A DNA stretch of 56,230 bases, taken from a virus (lineage: Duplodnaviria; Caudoviricetes). Location: IMG/VR virus record IMGVR_UViG_3300023443_000297, positions 1 to 56,230 of that record. One strand, written 5' to 3'. Positions 39,713-49,337 of the stretch are shown here, one piece after another (position 1 is the first letter of the stretch; each line of letters starts with the position of its first letter). The notes beneath the pieces were generated by a model that searched no databases, was not told where the DNA came from, and saw only the letters and a list, made by a program, of their open reading frames with translations. The position numbers and the translations under genes were made by a program.

Positions 39713-39949
39713 TCAGCCTTGCCCCATTACTAGCTTTATTATTTGCCTCTCCATTCGGCTTATTTCGCCATCTTTGTCTAACACCCTCTGATGGCAAGCA
39801 GCAAGCTCTCGTTCTAGTCTATCAATCCTCCGGTCTTGGGTCTCAGCGTGGTTATTCCCCACCTTTCCACGTAGGCTAATGACAGAGAATACAAGAGTAG
39901 CAACAGATATTACCAGCGCACCTAATGGGATCGCCCAAACCGCTTCCAA
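39713..39949 (-). CDS. Single-TM coiled-coil membrane protein (lysis-related?)
   Basis: AGGAG RBS with TTG start; hydrophobic N-terminus followed by a coiled coil. Confidence 0.55.
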   Translation of the reverse strand: MEAVWAIPLGALVISVATLVFSVISLRGKVGNNHAETQDRRIDRLERELAACHQRVLDKDGEISRMERQIIKLVMGQG

Positions 39950-40341
39950 GGCACTCCTATGTGATCCAGAATTGCTATGGTATGGAATACGGCTGCTGCT
40001 ATAGAGGTAACCATCGCGCCCGCTATTTGAATGCGTGGAGCGGATGTTCCTACAGCAAACTCGCCAGCTAAGACAAAGGCAACAGCACCGGCAGCAGCGA
40101 CCATCAACGCTAATTGCTGGGGGAGAACCAATAGTATCCACCACTTCTGTTTTTTCACTAAGCCTACTGTGGATGATACCGCCACAGCTATTAATACGCT
40201 ACCCAATAGGTAGTGATTATCGAAAATGCCTCTTAGATGGAAGAGAGAAAACCCCTTCCCGGCAGCATCGCTGACTATGGTTGTGATTCCCCAATACAAA
40301 TGCAGGGTAATAGCGTACCAGATAATCCAAGGTTGTTGCAT
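39922..40341 (-). CDS. Multi-TM membrane protein (holin-like?)
   Basis: About four hydrophobic helices. Confidence 0.55.
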   Translation of the reverse strand: MQQPWIIWYAITLHLYWGITTIVSDAAGKGFSLFHLRGIFDNHYLLGSVLIAVAVSSTVGLVKKQKWWILLVLPQQLALMVAAAGAVAFVLAGEFAVGTSAPRIQIAGAMVTSIAAAVFHTIAILDHIGVPWKRFGRSH

Positions 40342-40401
40342 AGTTATCGCTCACGCCTGGAGTCCCTGGCTTCCTCTTAAAATCTTCATGCCATCTACCG
40401 C

Positions 40402-41610
40402 CTATTGCATCCTATAAGGGATCTGGCTTGGGGTGCCTTCTAATGCAGCCTCAAGATCAGGAGTGTTAAGAGCTAGATTGCTTACCTCAGCATAAACACC
40501 AGCGACCTGATTGACGTGCTTTTCAGTGTGGGATAGGGATAGGTTGTGAGCACCGCCCATGAAGAGTATGCCTCTCTTAGCACATTCCTGCTGGAAGAAA
40601 TCAAGCTCTGTACTAGTCCAGGGATGGCTGAGAATTACCCTGGCACCATTAGCACCGGACCATACTCCATGCTCTGCCATCCACCATACTCCATTACCGG
40701 CTGCCCTATTGATCTTGGTCTGAAGTAGGGCAGCGATATAGACCAGGTACTTGGGGTCCATGTGGGTTAAAGTAGCTTCACACGCAGCCAGTCCAGTAGT
40801 CTCACCAAAGAAGGTACCGGAGAAGAACACCCCGCCTATGTCCAGTACAGACATGATATCCCTTTTACCTACCAGGGCCGATATACTGAAGCCGTTACCT
40901 ATGGACTTACCAAAGCAGGCTAAGTCTGGTATGATCTCAGGTACTGCCGATCCCATTTTAGACCGGAACCCGGAGAGGACTTCATCGAATATCAATACAG
41001 TACCAGACTTGGTGCACTCCTTACGCAGATCAGTTAGCCAACTGAGTTCATTTAGGGTGACTTCGCCTTTGGGAGCTATCTCCACTATGACAGCAGCATC
41101 CCAGCTAACTGGTATCAGGTCCCCTAGCCATTCGAGTTTCACTGTGTTATAAGAAGTGGGTATTCCCAGAGCCGGAGGGGTTACTGCTACAGACCAGTCA
41201 GCCCAGCCGTGATAACCATGTGAGAGGATACGGTCTCGGTTGGTATAGGCTCTAGCCACTCTCACGGCAGCAGTAGTGACATCGGTTCCTGTCTTACCGA
41301 AGCGTACTTGCTCAGCCCAAGGTATGTGACTGAGTAGAGCCTCAGCAGTTCTAGTTTCACGATAGGAGGACAAGGTGAATAGGGGTCCTTCCCCTATAGC
41401 CTCTATTACTGCCTTATTCACCTCTGTATGATTATACCCTAGTACGCAAGCACCCAGGGCCATACTGAAATCCAGATAGGTCTGCCCTCTGATATCAGTC
41501 AAGTAACATCCAGACGCTAATTCAGCAATGGTCGGCACATCCGGGGACCCAACAAATCTGGATGGGGATTTCGATGCAGTCATAGCACCGCCTGGTATTA
41601 GGTCATTCAC
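40402..41610 (-). CDS. Class III PLP aminotransferase (GSA-aminomutase-like) of sugar pathways
   Basis: YLDF..LGACVLGY, GYHGW, LIFDEVLSGFR, FGKSIGNG. Confidence 0.88.
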   Translation of the reverse strand: MNDLIPGGAMTASKSPSRFVGSPDVPTIAELASGCYLTDIRGQTYLDFSMALGACVLGYNHTEVNKAVIEAIGEGPLFTLSSYRETRTAEALLSHIPWAEQVRFGKTGTDVTTAAVRVARAYTNRDRILSHGYHGWADWSVAVTPPALGIPTSYNTVKLEWLGDLIPVSWDAAVIVEIAPKGEVTLNELSWLTDLRKECTKSGTVLIFDEVLSGFRSKMGSAVPEIIPDLACFGKSIGNGFSISALVGKRDIMSVLDIGGVFFSGTFFGETTGLAACEATLTHMDPKYLVYIAALLQTKINRAAGNGVWWMAEHGVWSGANGARVILSHPWTSTELDFFQQECAKRGILFMGGAHNLSLSHTEKHVNQVAGVYAEVSNLALNTPDLEAALEGTPSQIPYRMQ

Positions 41611-41791
41611 AATTACCCCTTGCCGCAGTAATCACACTGAACCGGTGTTCCATCTGATCTCGTAGCGTCTTCACAAATCTTACATACGGGAGGACACTGC
41701 TGCTTGACTGTATAAGGGTGGTCATCTTCTGGCTGATCACACTGGACGCACCTGCCTGTTGTTTCAACCATTAGACCTGTCTGTCTGAATC

Positions 41792-42742
41792 TCACAGTGC
41801 ATAAATTTGCCTAACGAACTCCAGAGCACGAAACGGATCCGGAACCATCTCAGGCCTATTACCTGTTTCAACCCAGCGGATAAAGGCCTCTGTCTCGGAG
41901 ATGTAGCTCTGGTCTAGGTTCGGGTCCTGATGACCGTGTTCTGTCCAGGTAGCCTCTTCACCGTTGAGTCCCATAGCGGAGTGTTGTCTGAGTCTGGGTA
42001 TGCGAAGATAATCGAATTCTAGAACAGCGTGGGTTGAGGACCCAGGCTGTATTGCAGTAGTGAGGGAGACGTATTCACTGTCTGCCGTGATATCGCTACC
42101 TTCAGTTAACTGGCGATGGCTGACTGGCTCTAGCCCGCCCGTGATTTCCAGAGCAAGGTCTATATCTTGAAGGCAGTCCAGCAGCACTCCACCACCTTGA
42201 GCACGGTACCTGCTATAGGGATCGGTGTTGGCTCTTACCCAGTTGGTGAGGAGATTACCGTACCTGGCATGATAGCTGATGATCTGGCCTAGAGATTTAC
42301 AGTTGGATTGGAATTGGTGGAAGCCTTTGTGCCAGAGCAGGTTATAGCCGACCATTACAGGGGCCTTAGGCTGGTGGTCGTATAAGGAACGGATTACGCC
42401 TACCCCAGCCGGTTCGCAAATAGGTTTTTCAACGAACACAGGTACCTGACTGGCAAGCAGCCCATATACCCAACTAATGTGATCGCTTGGCGGTGTGCAG
42501 ATAAATACCAGATCGTACTTGATAGCACCATCAAGGCTGATCTTCAGCAAGTCACCGTTGACAGGATCAACAGTGGTGCGTTTCCAATTAGGCCTGAGAT
42601 CATGAATGATCTTGGACCGGCGCTGACCCATAGAGCCATTGCCTATGATGAGTACCGACTTAGGGTGTGGACTGACTCCAGCAGTAACAATCGCAGGTCC
42701 TGGTATAGGTTTTGGCGGTCCTGGTCTAGGTTTTGGCATCAC
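41792..42742 (-). CDS. Gfo/Idh/MocA oxidoreductase
   Basis: IIGNGSMG, ICTPP..H, VFVEKP, VGYNL, GGGVLLD. Confidence 0.88.
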   Translation of the reverse strand: MMPKPRPGPPKPIPGPAIVTAGVSPHPKSVLIIGNGSMGQRRSKIIHDLRPNWKRTTVDPVNGDLLKISLDGAIKYDLVFICTPPSDHISWVYGLLASQVPVFVEKPICEPAGVGVIRSLYDHQPKAPVMVGYNLLWHKGFHQFQSNCKSLGQIISYHARYGNLLTNWVRANTDPYSRYRAQGGGVLLDCLQDIDLALEITGGLEPVSHRQLTEGSDITADSEYVSLTTAIQPGSSTHAVLEFDYLRIPRLRQHSAMGLNGEEATWTEHGHQDPNLDQSYISETEAFIRWVETGNRPEMVPDPFRALEFVRQIYAL

Positions 42743-42743
42743 G

Positions 42744-42980
42744 TCACCTCAGCATAGAAAGCGGTTTAGGTTTTTCGTAGGGTTTGCGAGTATCCGGTGC
42801 GATAGCTAACACACCGCAGAGAGTACACAGAACTGTTATCCCTTTGGTAGCTGTATGACCTCTGGTTAGCCGATGCCAAAAGGTGCAAATGTAATACCTT
42901 CCACAGACAGCGCAGTCCTGCCCCTCAGTGTACTCAACAGAAGACCGCAACCACTTGTGTTGGCAATCACTAGAGGTCAT
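42744..42980 (-). CDS. Small Cys/His protein
   Basis: CAVC...WHRLTRGHT...CTLC. Confidence 0.55.
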   Translation of the reverse strand: MTSSDCQHKWLRSSVEYTEGQDCAVCGRYYICTFWHRLTRGHTATKGITVLCTLCGVLAIAPDTRKPYEKPKPLSMLR

Positions 42981-43840
42981 TATACTTCCACTCCTCCACT
43001 AGCCTCAGTTATTGTATCGACGAATTCCTGTATTTCCTGGGGTTCTAAGCACATCAGGTGTTCAATGCCAGGCTGCTTGCGGTCTAAGGTGATCCCCTTC
43101 TCTATATATCTGGCACCCGCTAAGACAGCCTTTACACAGTCAGTTATGCCGGGAGAATGGGAGGTGAATCCGATGACGTACTCGGGGTAGTCCGCTTTGA
43201 GTTCAGTGATACGGTTTAGGTTTGGGTCTGTAGTAGGGTATCCGGTGGGGGTGTGGACTATGATCGGCAACTCGTCATAATACTCCCTATCAATCGGATC
43301 AAATATATCCAGCGCCATTTTAACAATCTCTAGGGCAGCGTCTAGTTCGTCCTTGCCGCCCCTGGTATCCAGCAGCACCCTGAGACCGGTATTAGCGGCT
43401 GCTGCTATTAGGTCAGTGCGGCCCATATCAGCACCGGCTACCTTAATGCCGCAGCAGTGGAATTGGTGTGAGGGGCTAGGGCCTTGACAGTTGCCTAGGG
43501 TCTTGGCTGTTGCAGGGGTGTCAGGTGTGGAGAACCAAGGTAACCCAACCTCAGAACAGTATTGGTCAATCATAACCCAGTCATGCCAGGCTAACTCCCT
43601 CTCTCTTAGCATGTCCAATATAGGGCGGCGATGCTCTCCATTGAAGTCCCTGTACGTTAGTGATCCAGTGCGGTGGTTGGCTAGGTTGCCAGCCCAGACA
43701 GTTTGGAATTTGATAGCACTCACTCTAAAATCACGGCAACATGCAGCGTCTATCATCTCCATTACCTGTTTGATATTGCCGTTATGAGTAGCACCTGCCT
43801 CTAGAACTATTATCGGGTTATTGTCTGGTAACTGCTGCAT
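42980..43840 (-). CDS. NeuB/PseI/SpsE-family nonulosonate synthase, divergent copy 2
   Basis: LEAGATHNG, AIKFQT, GFTSHS, YIEKGITLD; no SAF domain. Confidence 0.85.
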   Translation of the reverse strand: MQQLPDNNPIIVLEAGATHNGNIKQVMEMIDAACCRDFRVSAIKFQTVWAGNLANHRTGSLTYRDFNGEHRRPILDMLRERELAWHDWVMIDQYCSEVGLPWFSTPDTPATAKTLGNCQGPSPSHQFHCCGIKVAGADMGRTDLIAAAANTGLRVLLDTRGGKDELDAALEIVKMALDIFDPIDREYYDELPIIVHTPTGYPTTDPNLNRITELKADYPEYVIGFTSHSPGITDCVKAVLAGARYIEKGITLDRKQPGIEHLMCLEPQEIQEFVDTITEASGGVEV

Positions 43841-43842
43841 TA

Positions 43843-44229
43843 TTAACCTCCCGTATTCTCTGGCAGTCTTTCAGTCCAGCTGCCATCCCTCCATAGTGTA
43901 ATTGGTGCTCCGTTTATATCGAAGCCGTTTCTAGACAAAAGCCTGTCATCCCACCAAGGCTCCAACCGCTTTGCTAATCCGCCGGAAATCACTTCCCCTT
44001 TGTTGTACCCATACCTAAGCCAGTCGTTGATTGAGTCAAACTCCTCTTCCTCACAGCTGGTACGCACCAGAAATGGAGCTAGATTGATACCGAGAGGAAA
44101 GTAAACTCCACCAGCATCCACAAACCTGTACCATATATACATTACCCCAGTAATCGGAACGCCAGTGTAGGCAGCACGGGCTTGTCTGGACTGTTCTCCC
44201 CAAGTTAGTGAGGGATTTATCTCACACAT
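43843..44229 (-). CDS. Hypothetical protein
   Basis: TAATG-coupled 128-aa ORF. Confidence 0.55.
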   Translation of the reverse strand: MCEINPSLTWGEQSRQARAAYTGVPITGVMYIWYRFVDAGGVYFPLGINLAPFLVRTSCEEEEFDSINDWLRYGYNKGEVISGGLAKRLEPWWDDRLLSRNGFDINGAPITLWRDGSWTERLPENTGG

Positions 44230-45113
44230 TAGTGATAATGTCCCCCCGCTAAACGTCCAATGGGAAACTCTACTTCAATAGTATTAGTAATAGGCCAAGA
44301 ACCGGGCTCATCTACAGCCTCTGAGATCTTAACCGTATACTGCTGCATCTCTGCCTCGCTAGGTTGGACTTGCTTAACACCAGTACCCAGGGCTTGCTCT
44401 ACCTCTCGGATCATGGTAACCATCTGTTTGAATTGGCTGGGCTCTATGGCTACTCGATGGTCCGGGCCTAATCTCATCCGATCATCGGTGAAGTGCTTCT
44501 CTATAATCCTAGCACCCAAAGCAACAGCGGCTACAGGACAGGTGATCCCGGGGGTATGATCCGACAGCCCGTACATCCCGTTGTGCTGGTAATTCAGTCT
44601 AGGCATGGCCCTAAGATTGGCTTCTGATATAGGAGCAGGATAAGCTGAGGTACAATGAAGCACAGCCCAGAGCGAGTCCCCCAGTACGTCGATTGACTTA
44701 ACCACCTGATCCTGATTCATCATACCGGTACTAAGTATGGTGGGTTTAGCGGTCTGCCTGACTTGGGATAGGTACTGAAGGTCCTGGGCCTCGAAGCTGG
44801 CTATCTTGTGCGTGCTCACATAAGGATCCACAGTCATAAGTCCCCAGGCATCGTAAGCAGTACACAGGAAATCAATACCCAGGGCGTTAGCATAATCCCT
44901 AAGCACCGGTAGCCAGGAATCGGGCATTTCGTTTGCTTTGTACATGGCCCAGTATTCAGAGGCGTTTCGGCGCTCAACTAGGGAATCAGCCCTGAAGAAT
45001 TGGAATTTGACTGCACTTGCCCCTGCTTCTTTTGCTAGGTAGATCAGGTCCTTAGCTCGGTATAGGATGGAGTCGTGGTTGCTGGCTATTTCGGCGATTA
45101 TGTAGGTTTTCAT
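44229..45113 (-). CDS. NeuB/PseI/SpsE-family nonulosonate synthase, copy 1
   Basis: IIAEIASNHD, VKFQ, KIASFE, LSTGM, LHCTSAYPA, GLSDHT, IEKHFT, GPDH. Confidence 0.92.
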   Translation of the reverse strand: MKTYIIAEIASNHDSILYRAKDLIYLAKEAGASAVKFQFFRADSLVERRNASEYWAMYKANEMPDSWLPVLRDYANALGIDFLCTAYDAWGLMTVDPYVSTHKIASFEAQDLQYLSQVRQTAKPTILSTGMMNQDQVVKSIDVLGDSLWAVLHCTSAYPAPISEANLRAMPRLNYQHNGMYGLSDHTPGITCPVAAVALGARIIEKHFTDDRMRLGPDHRVAIEPSQFKQMVTMIREVEQALGTGVKQVQPSEAEMQQYTVKISEAVDEPGSWPITNTIEVEFPIGRLAGGHYH

Positions 45114-45550
45114 ATCAGGTATCGCTATCCTTATCACCGCCAAAGGTTGCTGCAATCCAAGCCAGTGTCAGTTGTAGAGTGTGCTCAGAGTTTATGTCAC
45201 CTTGGTCCATAATAGTCTGGTACATGATAGCAATAGCCTTTCCTATAAGACGGGAAGACTCTTCCATCTGCTCCAATGCTGGTAAATCTAAATTAGGCAT
45301 CATTAGTTCTGACTCCCTCTTAATCTGGGGTTAGGCATCTCAGGCATTGGGTTTCCCTCTCAATCTTGGGTTGTGCTGGCTACAGTATTTGTTGGCAAAC
45401 TCCCTAGCCTGGGATATGACTCGAAGGAATATAAACCGTTGGAATCCGCAATCAGGGTAAGGGCAGGTGGATAAGATGTACCTACCACCACCAACGCGAC
45501 CTACTTCGCTAGCCTTCTTGATTGTATACTGAGATTCTATAGCCTCAATA

Positions 45551-46333
45551 TCATATATCAATTCTCACCTCGCCCGGGCCGAATTGGACATCCATCACAC
45601 CCTGAATCCTAGCACGTTCTGCCTTCATTACCCGAGACAGAGACAGTGATAAGGATCCCGCTATGCTTATGGGTGTTGGAATATCATCAAGGTCAGCTTC
45701 AGTAAGATAGGCCATAAGGTGCCTGGCTGCTTCAGGTGTAGTCATGCCAGAGGATTCCGGTCTCAACATCCGCACTGTATCAGGATGGGAACCTGGTCTG
45801 TGAAGCTGAGCATTACGGATATCATCTACAGAGTAAGGATCTATTGTAACCCAGGCCCCGAATCCATCCACTACTATCATCTTACACCATTGCAGAGATA
45901 GCGATCCTTTTCGTATGTTAATAGCCTTGGGACCAAGATTAGATATGCAAAGGTCTACTCTTGGCCATTTATCTAGGTCATCCGGGTCTAGCCACTGCAC
46001 TTCAATTTCATTTACTCTGAATACCTCAGCGGCAAAGTCCGCTGCCCTAGAGTCTATTTCAGTAGCGAATATTCTAACAGCGCCGAGTAGGGACGCCGCA
46101 ACCGATACTATTCCGGTACCGGCACCTAGGTCGATAATGGACCTCATTTCTGAACCTGATTCGTGTTCCAGATGCAGGGCTTGCAGGGTAGACTTGGTGC
46201 TTTGATGCCATCCACCGCCATGAATACCGGGTGGGATTGGGGGCATGATTATGGGCAGTCTAGACTGGAGATGGTCTGGTATGAGGTGGATTTGATGTAG
46301 ACTGACTATAAGGAACGGGTCGAGATCTATCAT
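45551..46333 (-). CDS. PrmA-like class I SAM-dependent methyltransferase
   Basis: GWHQST...IIDLGAGTGIVSVAA.LLGA...ATEID. Confidence 0.75.
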   Translation of the reverse strand: MIDLDPFLIVSLHQIHLIPDHLQSRLPIIMPPIPPGIHGGGWHQSTKSTLQALHLEHESGSEMRSIIDLGAGTGIVSVAASLLGAVRIFATEIDSRAADFAAEVFRVNEIEVQWLDPDDLDKWPRVDLCISNLGPKAINIRKGSLSLQWCKMIVVDGFGAWVTIDPYSVDDIRNAQLHRPGSHPDTVRMLRPESSGMTTPEAARHLMAYLTEADLDDIPTPISIAGSLSLSLSRVMKAERARIQGVMDVQFGPGEVRIDI

Positions 46334-46545
46334 GACGGCCTCTTAATCCCACACTTAATTGATGAGCACTGGCACCTAATTCCCATTACACTCGTTATAC
46401 CACCGGATTCGTTTATAAACTCAGCCCAAGTAGGGAATCTCGGAGACCCACAAACAGAGCACCGACCGTACGAGCATTCACAATCGATATCGGTCAGGTC
46501 CACTATAGGAACGGAGTTGAGACTTTGAGTGCTGTACTGCATACA

Positions 46546-47343
46546 TTAACCCCTAAGGTCTCCTGCCGCTACCCACTGTTGACGCCATTCACTTGACTTA
46601 GCTTCTGGGTTCTCCTCAACGGTTTGTAGCCATTCGTGCATCTTCTCACCTAGCCTCGTGCCCGCTATTTCAATAGGGTGTCCTGGTGCTCTCTCATCGA
46701 TTATCTCTAGTACAGAGCGGCCTTGAAGATTAGGTACATGGAGACCCGGGTTGAATAGGTGTTCAAGAACGAAGTCAGCTGCCTCCTCTACAGTCCACCA
46801 GAATCTTGTCATGTTAGGGTGGGTAACGGGTATTGGGATGTCTTCAAGCACACATTTATCTATTATATCAAGTAGGCTACCCCTGCTACCTAGGACGTTG
46901 CCGTAGCGGACCACACTAAGACCGGCACTTAGGAACAGACGCTCAGCTAGTGCTTTTGTCAGGCCGTAGACGTTGATCGGGTATACTGCCTTATCCGAAC
47001 TGGTGAGCACCGCCGGAGCTGAACAATCGTAGGCAGCATCGGAGACGTTCCGTGATCCTGTTACGTTAGTTTCAATGAATTCGCTGGGGTTCTGCTCACC
47101 GGTATCTACTTGCTTTAGGGCTGCTGCATGGATAACGGCATCCACACTACTAACAGCGGCTAGGACTCTTACAGAGTCTCGGACATCCCCCAACATGAAC
47201 TCAGCATCGGGGAATGCCTGGCGCTGCTGGGATTGCTTGTACTCATCACGGCTGAAGATGACTGGTGTATTACTACCGAGGAGCAGCTTGCTAGTAAGAG
47301 CATGGCCTAGAGTACCGGTGCCGCCTGTTATTAGAACTCTCAT
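46546..47343 (-). CDS. UDP-GlcNAc 4,6-dehydratase (PseB/FlaA1-like SDR)
   Basis: ITGGTGTLG, FSRDEYKQ, HAAALKQV, SSDKAVYP.N.YG.TK, RYGNVLGSRGS, MTRF, GEKMHE. Confidence 0.9.
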   Translation of the reverse strand: MRVLITGGTGTLGHALTSKLLLGSNTPVIFSRDEYKQSQQRQAFPDAEFMLGDVRDSVRVLAAVSSVDAVIHAAALKQVDTGEQNPSEFIETNVTGSRNVSDAAYDCSAPAVLTSSDKAVYPINVYGLTKALAERLFLSAGLSVVRYGNVLGSRGSLLDIIDKCVLEDIPIPVTHPNMTRFWWTVEEAADFVLEHLFNPGLHVPNLQGRSVLEIIDERAPGHPIEIAGTRLGEKMHEWLQTVEENPEAKSSEWRQQWVAAGDLRG

Positions 47344-47348
47344 TCGAC

Positions 47349-47678
47349 CTACCCTAGTTCTAGTTCTGGGTCTGGGTCTGGGGCAGTACCACCAAGCATC
47401 AAAGCCTCCAGCCTATCGAATAACTGAGGAGCATCACAGTCATCGCAGTGTAGAGCACTTCCGAAACCAATATAGTGACCTTCAACAATCACTCTGCCAC
47501 CCTCTTGGTCCTCTACGTAATCGACGTATTGATCCAACTTCGTACGGAACCAGACCACGAATCGGTTACCAAGATGAGCGCACTTGATAATCGAGGTACC
47601 AGGACCAAAATAGTCAGATCGCGGGTGTCTCTCACATTCTGTTTCGTAAGGTTCGTAAGGTTCGTAAGGCATTACCAC
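47349..47678 (-). CDS. Hypothetical protein
   Basis: PYE repeats; ORF within the operon. Confidence 0.5.
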   Translation of the reverse strand: MVMPYEPYEPYETECERHPRSDYFGPGTSIIKCAHLGNRFVVWFRTKLDQYVDYVEDQEGGRVIVEGHYIGFGSALHCDDCDAPQLFDRLEALMLGGTAPDPDPELELG

Positions 47679-47814
47679 CTTAGACTAAGCAAAGGCTCAA
47701 AGGACATGACCCAGCAATACAGTGCATTTAGCGGAGTAAACAGGGCCAACCCGATCCCTACACCGATTACTAGAACTACTTTTTGCTTAGTTACGATCCT
47801 TGTTGTTTTAGCAT

Positions 47815-48135
47815 TCAGCATTTTATCTCGTCCATCCTCTTTATGGTGTACTCAGCATATGAGAGGGATTTGCTACGAGAGCCGCTGCCGGGGGGAAACC
47901 TTTCAGCGTGATCCATAGCTGTATTGAATTCCTGCTGAAGTACAGAGCAGTCGGTTAGGGTGTCAATGCGGACATAGACAGCTGGATGGCCCACCTGCTC
48001 ATTAGCACTACCAGCACAGGCTACTGCTAAAAAAACGAATGCCAATGCAATCACACTTATACAGAGGGTAACCCATTCGGCGTAACACCTGTCACTGGTA
48101 GCTGTAATTTTAGGGTTTATGTTGTTCGATTTCAT
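47815..48135 (-). CDS. Putative lipoprotein or membrane protein
   Basis: Hydrophobic stretch ending in AVAC (lipobox-like). Confidence 0.5.
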   Translation of the reverse strand: MKSNNINPKITATSDRCYAEWVTLCISVIALAFVFLAVACAGSANEQVGHPAVYVRIDTLTDCSVLQQEFNTAMDHAERFPPGSGSRSKSLSYAEYTIKRMDEIKC

Positions 48136-49337
48136 AGATAAATACCTATTCCTGTCCTTCCTAATTGCAGTCCACTAACAGCTAAGGCTAAGGCGTCAAC
48201 ACAGTCATCATGGAACCCTGGTGGCGCGGTGTACCTGACCCCAGTCCTGGTGTACTCATACTCGAACTCCTCAAGCTCAGCTATAATGATGCTGCTTTCT
48301 GGGATGCCGATATCATGGGATTGGATAGCCACTGCTAGACCCTCCATTATCTGTTGCTTCGAGGATGGTGAGAACTTAAAGGCCTCAATATAACCGCTGC
48401 TAGCTCTTTGCAGCCTTTCGACCACAGGATCACCAACTCCAGTAGCATCAGCCTTAGCTGGAATGCGTCCCACCAGCCTAGTGATGATGCTAAAGGTCTC
48501 TTCCCATGATTTCTGGAATCGTTCAAAACGGCAGACATGACCTCGGTAATCCAATCCAATACACACCGTCCAGTCTATGGATTTAGCAAGGTCTATACCC
48601 CAAATTACGGGGTCATCTTCGCTAAGACCGGCGATTGCACACTCAGCAATGGAGGTTATGCCAAATGGGTTACCTTGGTCATCGGAAGCCTCAGCCCAGT
48701 AAAGCTCCCGGTATACAGCCCCGGGTAGTATATATTCCGCATCACTGATCTCATCTGCGCTAAGAACACCAGCGTCTACCGCATCTTGGGCGGTGATCTT
48801 ATGGTAGGCCATTGTAGCACTGGGATCGGACTCAGCACGACGAGCCAAACGGTATGCCCAATTGCGACGGCCCTTGACATTGCCAATGATGCGAATAGGA
48901 CCCCGGGTGGCGGTAAGAGTGGATCGTACCGCAAACCATGATTCTTCTTTGCAGCGTGTGGCCTCATCGATGACAGCGGCATAGACATCCTCCCCGTAGA
49001 GAGAATCCGGGTCATTAGCACCCTTGAACCACATAACAGCGCCATTGAATAAGGTGATAGTCAGCTCGCTCTCATTAGCCTTATATAGTTGAGATGGGAG
49101 AGCACGCTTGGCACGGCGGAACACTACCTTGGCTTGAGCGTAGATCGGGGATACCCACCAGAAGTTCTGGCCATCTGAGGCCTGTAGGGCTAGTTCTATC
49201 AGCCAGCACATACAGCCTATGGTCTTGCCGGACTTGGTAGAGGCTTCGATTATGCTGTAGCGAGCAGGGTCAAATACAGCACCCTGCTGTTTGGGGTAAA
49301 GACTGGGGCGGGTATAGTGGAGGTTTAGAGTTGTCAT
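48132..49337 (-). CDS. terL: Terminase large subunit
   Basis: ASTKSGKT, VIDEA, GIDLAKSIDWT, HDDCVDALAL. Confidence 0.92.
   Translation of the reverse strand: MTTLNLHYTRPSLYPKQQGAVFDPARYSIIEASTKSGKTIGCMCWLIELALQASDGQNFWWVSPIYAQAKVVFRRAKRALPSQLYKANESELTITLFNGAVMWFKGANDPDSLYGEDVYAAVIDEATRCKEESWFAVRSTLTATRGPIRIIGNVKGRRNWAYRLARRAESDPSATMAYHKITAQDAVDAGVLSADEISDAEYILPGAVYRELYWAEASDDQGNPFGITSIAECAIAGLSEDDPVIWGIDLAKSIDWTVCIGLDYRGHVCRFERFQKSWEETFSIITRLVGRIPAKADATGVGDPVVERLQRASSGYIEAFKFSPSSKQQIMEGLAVAIQSHDIGIPESSIIIAELEEFEYEYTRTGVRYTAPPGFHDDCVDALALAVSGLQLGRTGIGIYL

Noticed and set aside
40402-41610. hemL (tetrapyrrole biosynthesis)
   Set aside because: No other hem genes; embedded among nucleotide-sugar enzymes
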